Shown one piece after another: positions 63,828 through 64,000 of a stretch of 64,000 bases of DNA. The DNA lies in the NCBI GenBank assembly GCA_951406725.2, contig OX597818.1, positions 46,004,001 through 46,068,000 on the forward strand. Direction: 5' to 3'. Position numbers and translations under genes: made by a program. This stretch comes from Octopus vulgaris. Taxonomy: Eukaryota. The notes beneath the pieces are model-generated. The model saw nothing but the letters and a program-made list of their open reading frames with translations, had not been told where the DNA came from and made no database searches. Every line of letters begins with the position of its first letter. Position 1 is the stretch's first letter.

Positions 63828-63968
63828 GAAGAACACTTCCGGTTCCAGTGTCATGTAAAGTATGTGGAGACAAAAGCTACGGGAAACATTATGGAGTTTA
63901 TTGTTGCGATGGCTGTAGCTGCTTTTTCAAACGGAGTATTCGCCGAAAGATGGTCTATTATTGCATTG
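63828..63968 (+). CDS. NR2E5: Nuclear receptor DNA-binding-domain exon (first C4 zinc finger), HR83/NR2E5-like; the gene continues beyond the window
   Basis: TTTCTTTTCACAG|GA...G|GTAAAT, a 141-bp phase 1-1 exon encoding (G)[46 protein letters not shown]; the P-box CDGCSC is characteristic of HR83. Absent from the ORF track because it has no start codon. Confidence 0.85.
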
Positions 63969-64000
63969 GTAAATTGGGCAGAATTTTGAATAATGATTAA

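Overview
AT-rich, microsatellite- and SINE-dense animal genomic DNA; the repeat content (tRNA-derived SINEs with Nin- and V-like cores, Penelope fragments inside (TA)n runs) suggests a cephalopod, probably Octopus (inference). Host genes: an intronless CDS for exosome subunit Rrp46/EXOSC5 (15342-15995 +), probably transcribed from a bidirectional promoter at about 2.0-2.7 kb shared with an unidentified minus-strand gene, and the first zinc-finger exon of an HR83/NR2E5-type nuclear receptor (63828-63968 +). The rest is mostly transposon-derived: two mariner copies, Helitron and hAT remnants, CR1-, R4/Dong-, CRE- and Penelope-type retroelement fragments, a complete 2.76-kb non-autonomous LTR element (4-bp TSD, tRNA-Trp PBS, PPT), a rearranged Gypsy element carrying a solo LTR, and many MITEs and SINEs. 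Best leads: (i) the two otherwise nearly identical LTRs differ sharply only in a U5 hairpin that shows compensatory base changes; (ii) two intact-looking minimal hammerhead ribozymes plus decayed copies in Penelope-like sequence, some near long fold-back palindromes; (iii) four unrelated GG...CC MITEs with about 8-bp TSDs within 3.5 kb; (iv) an Ala-body tRNA-like gene with a TTT anticodon. Everything was read by eye, no databases were searched, and repeat boundaries are approximate unless a TSD fixes them.
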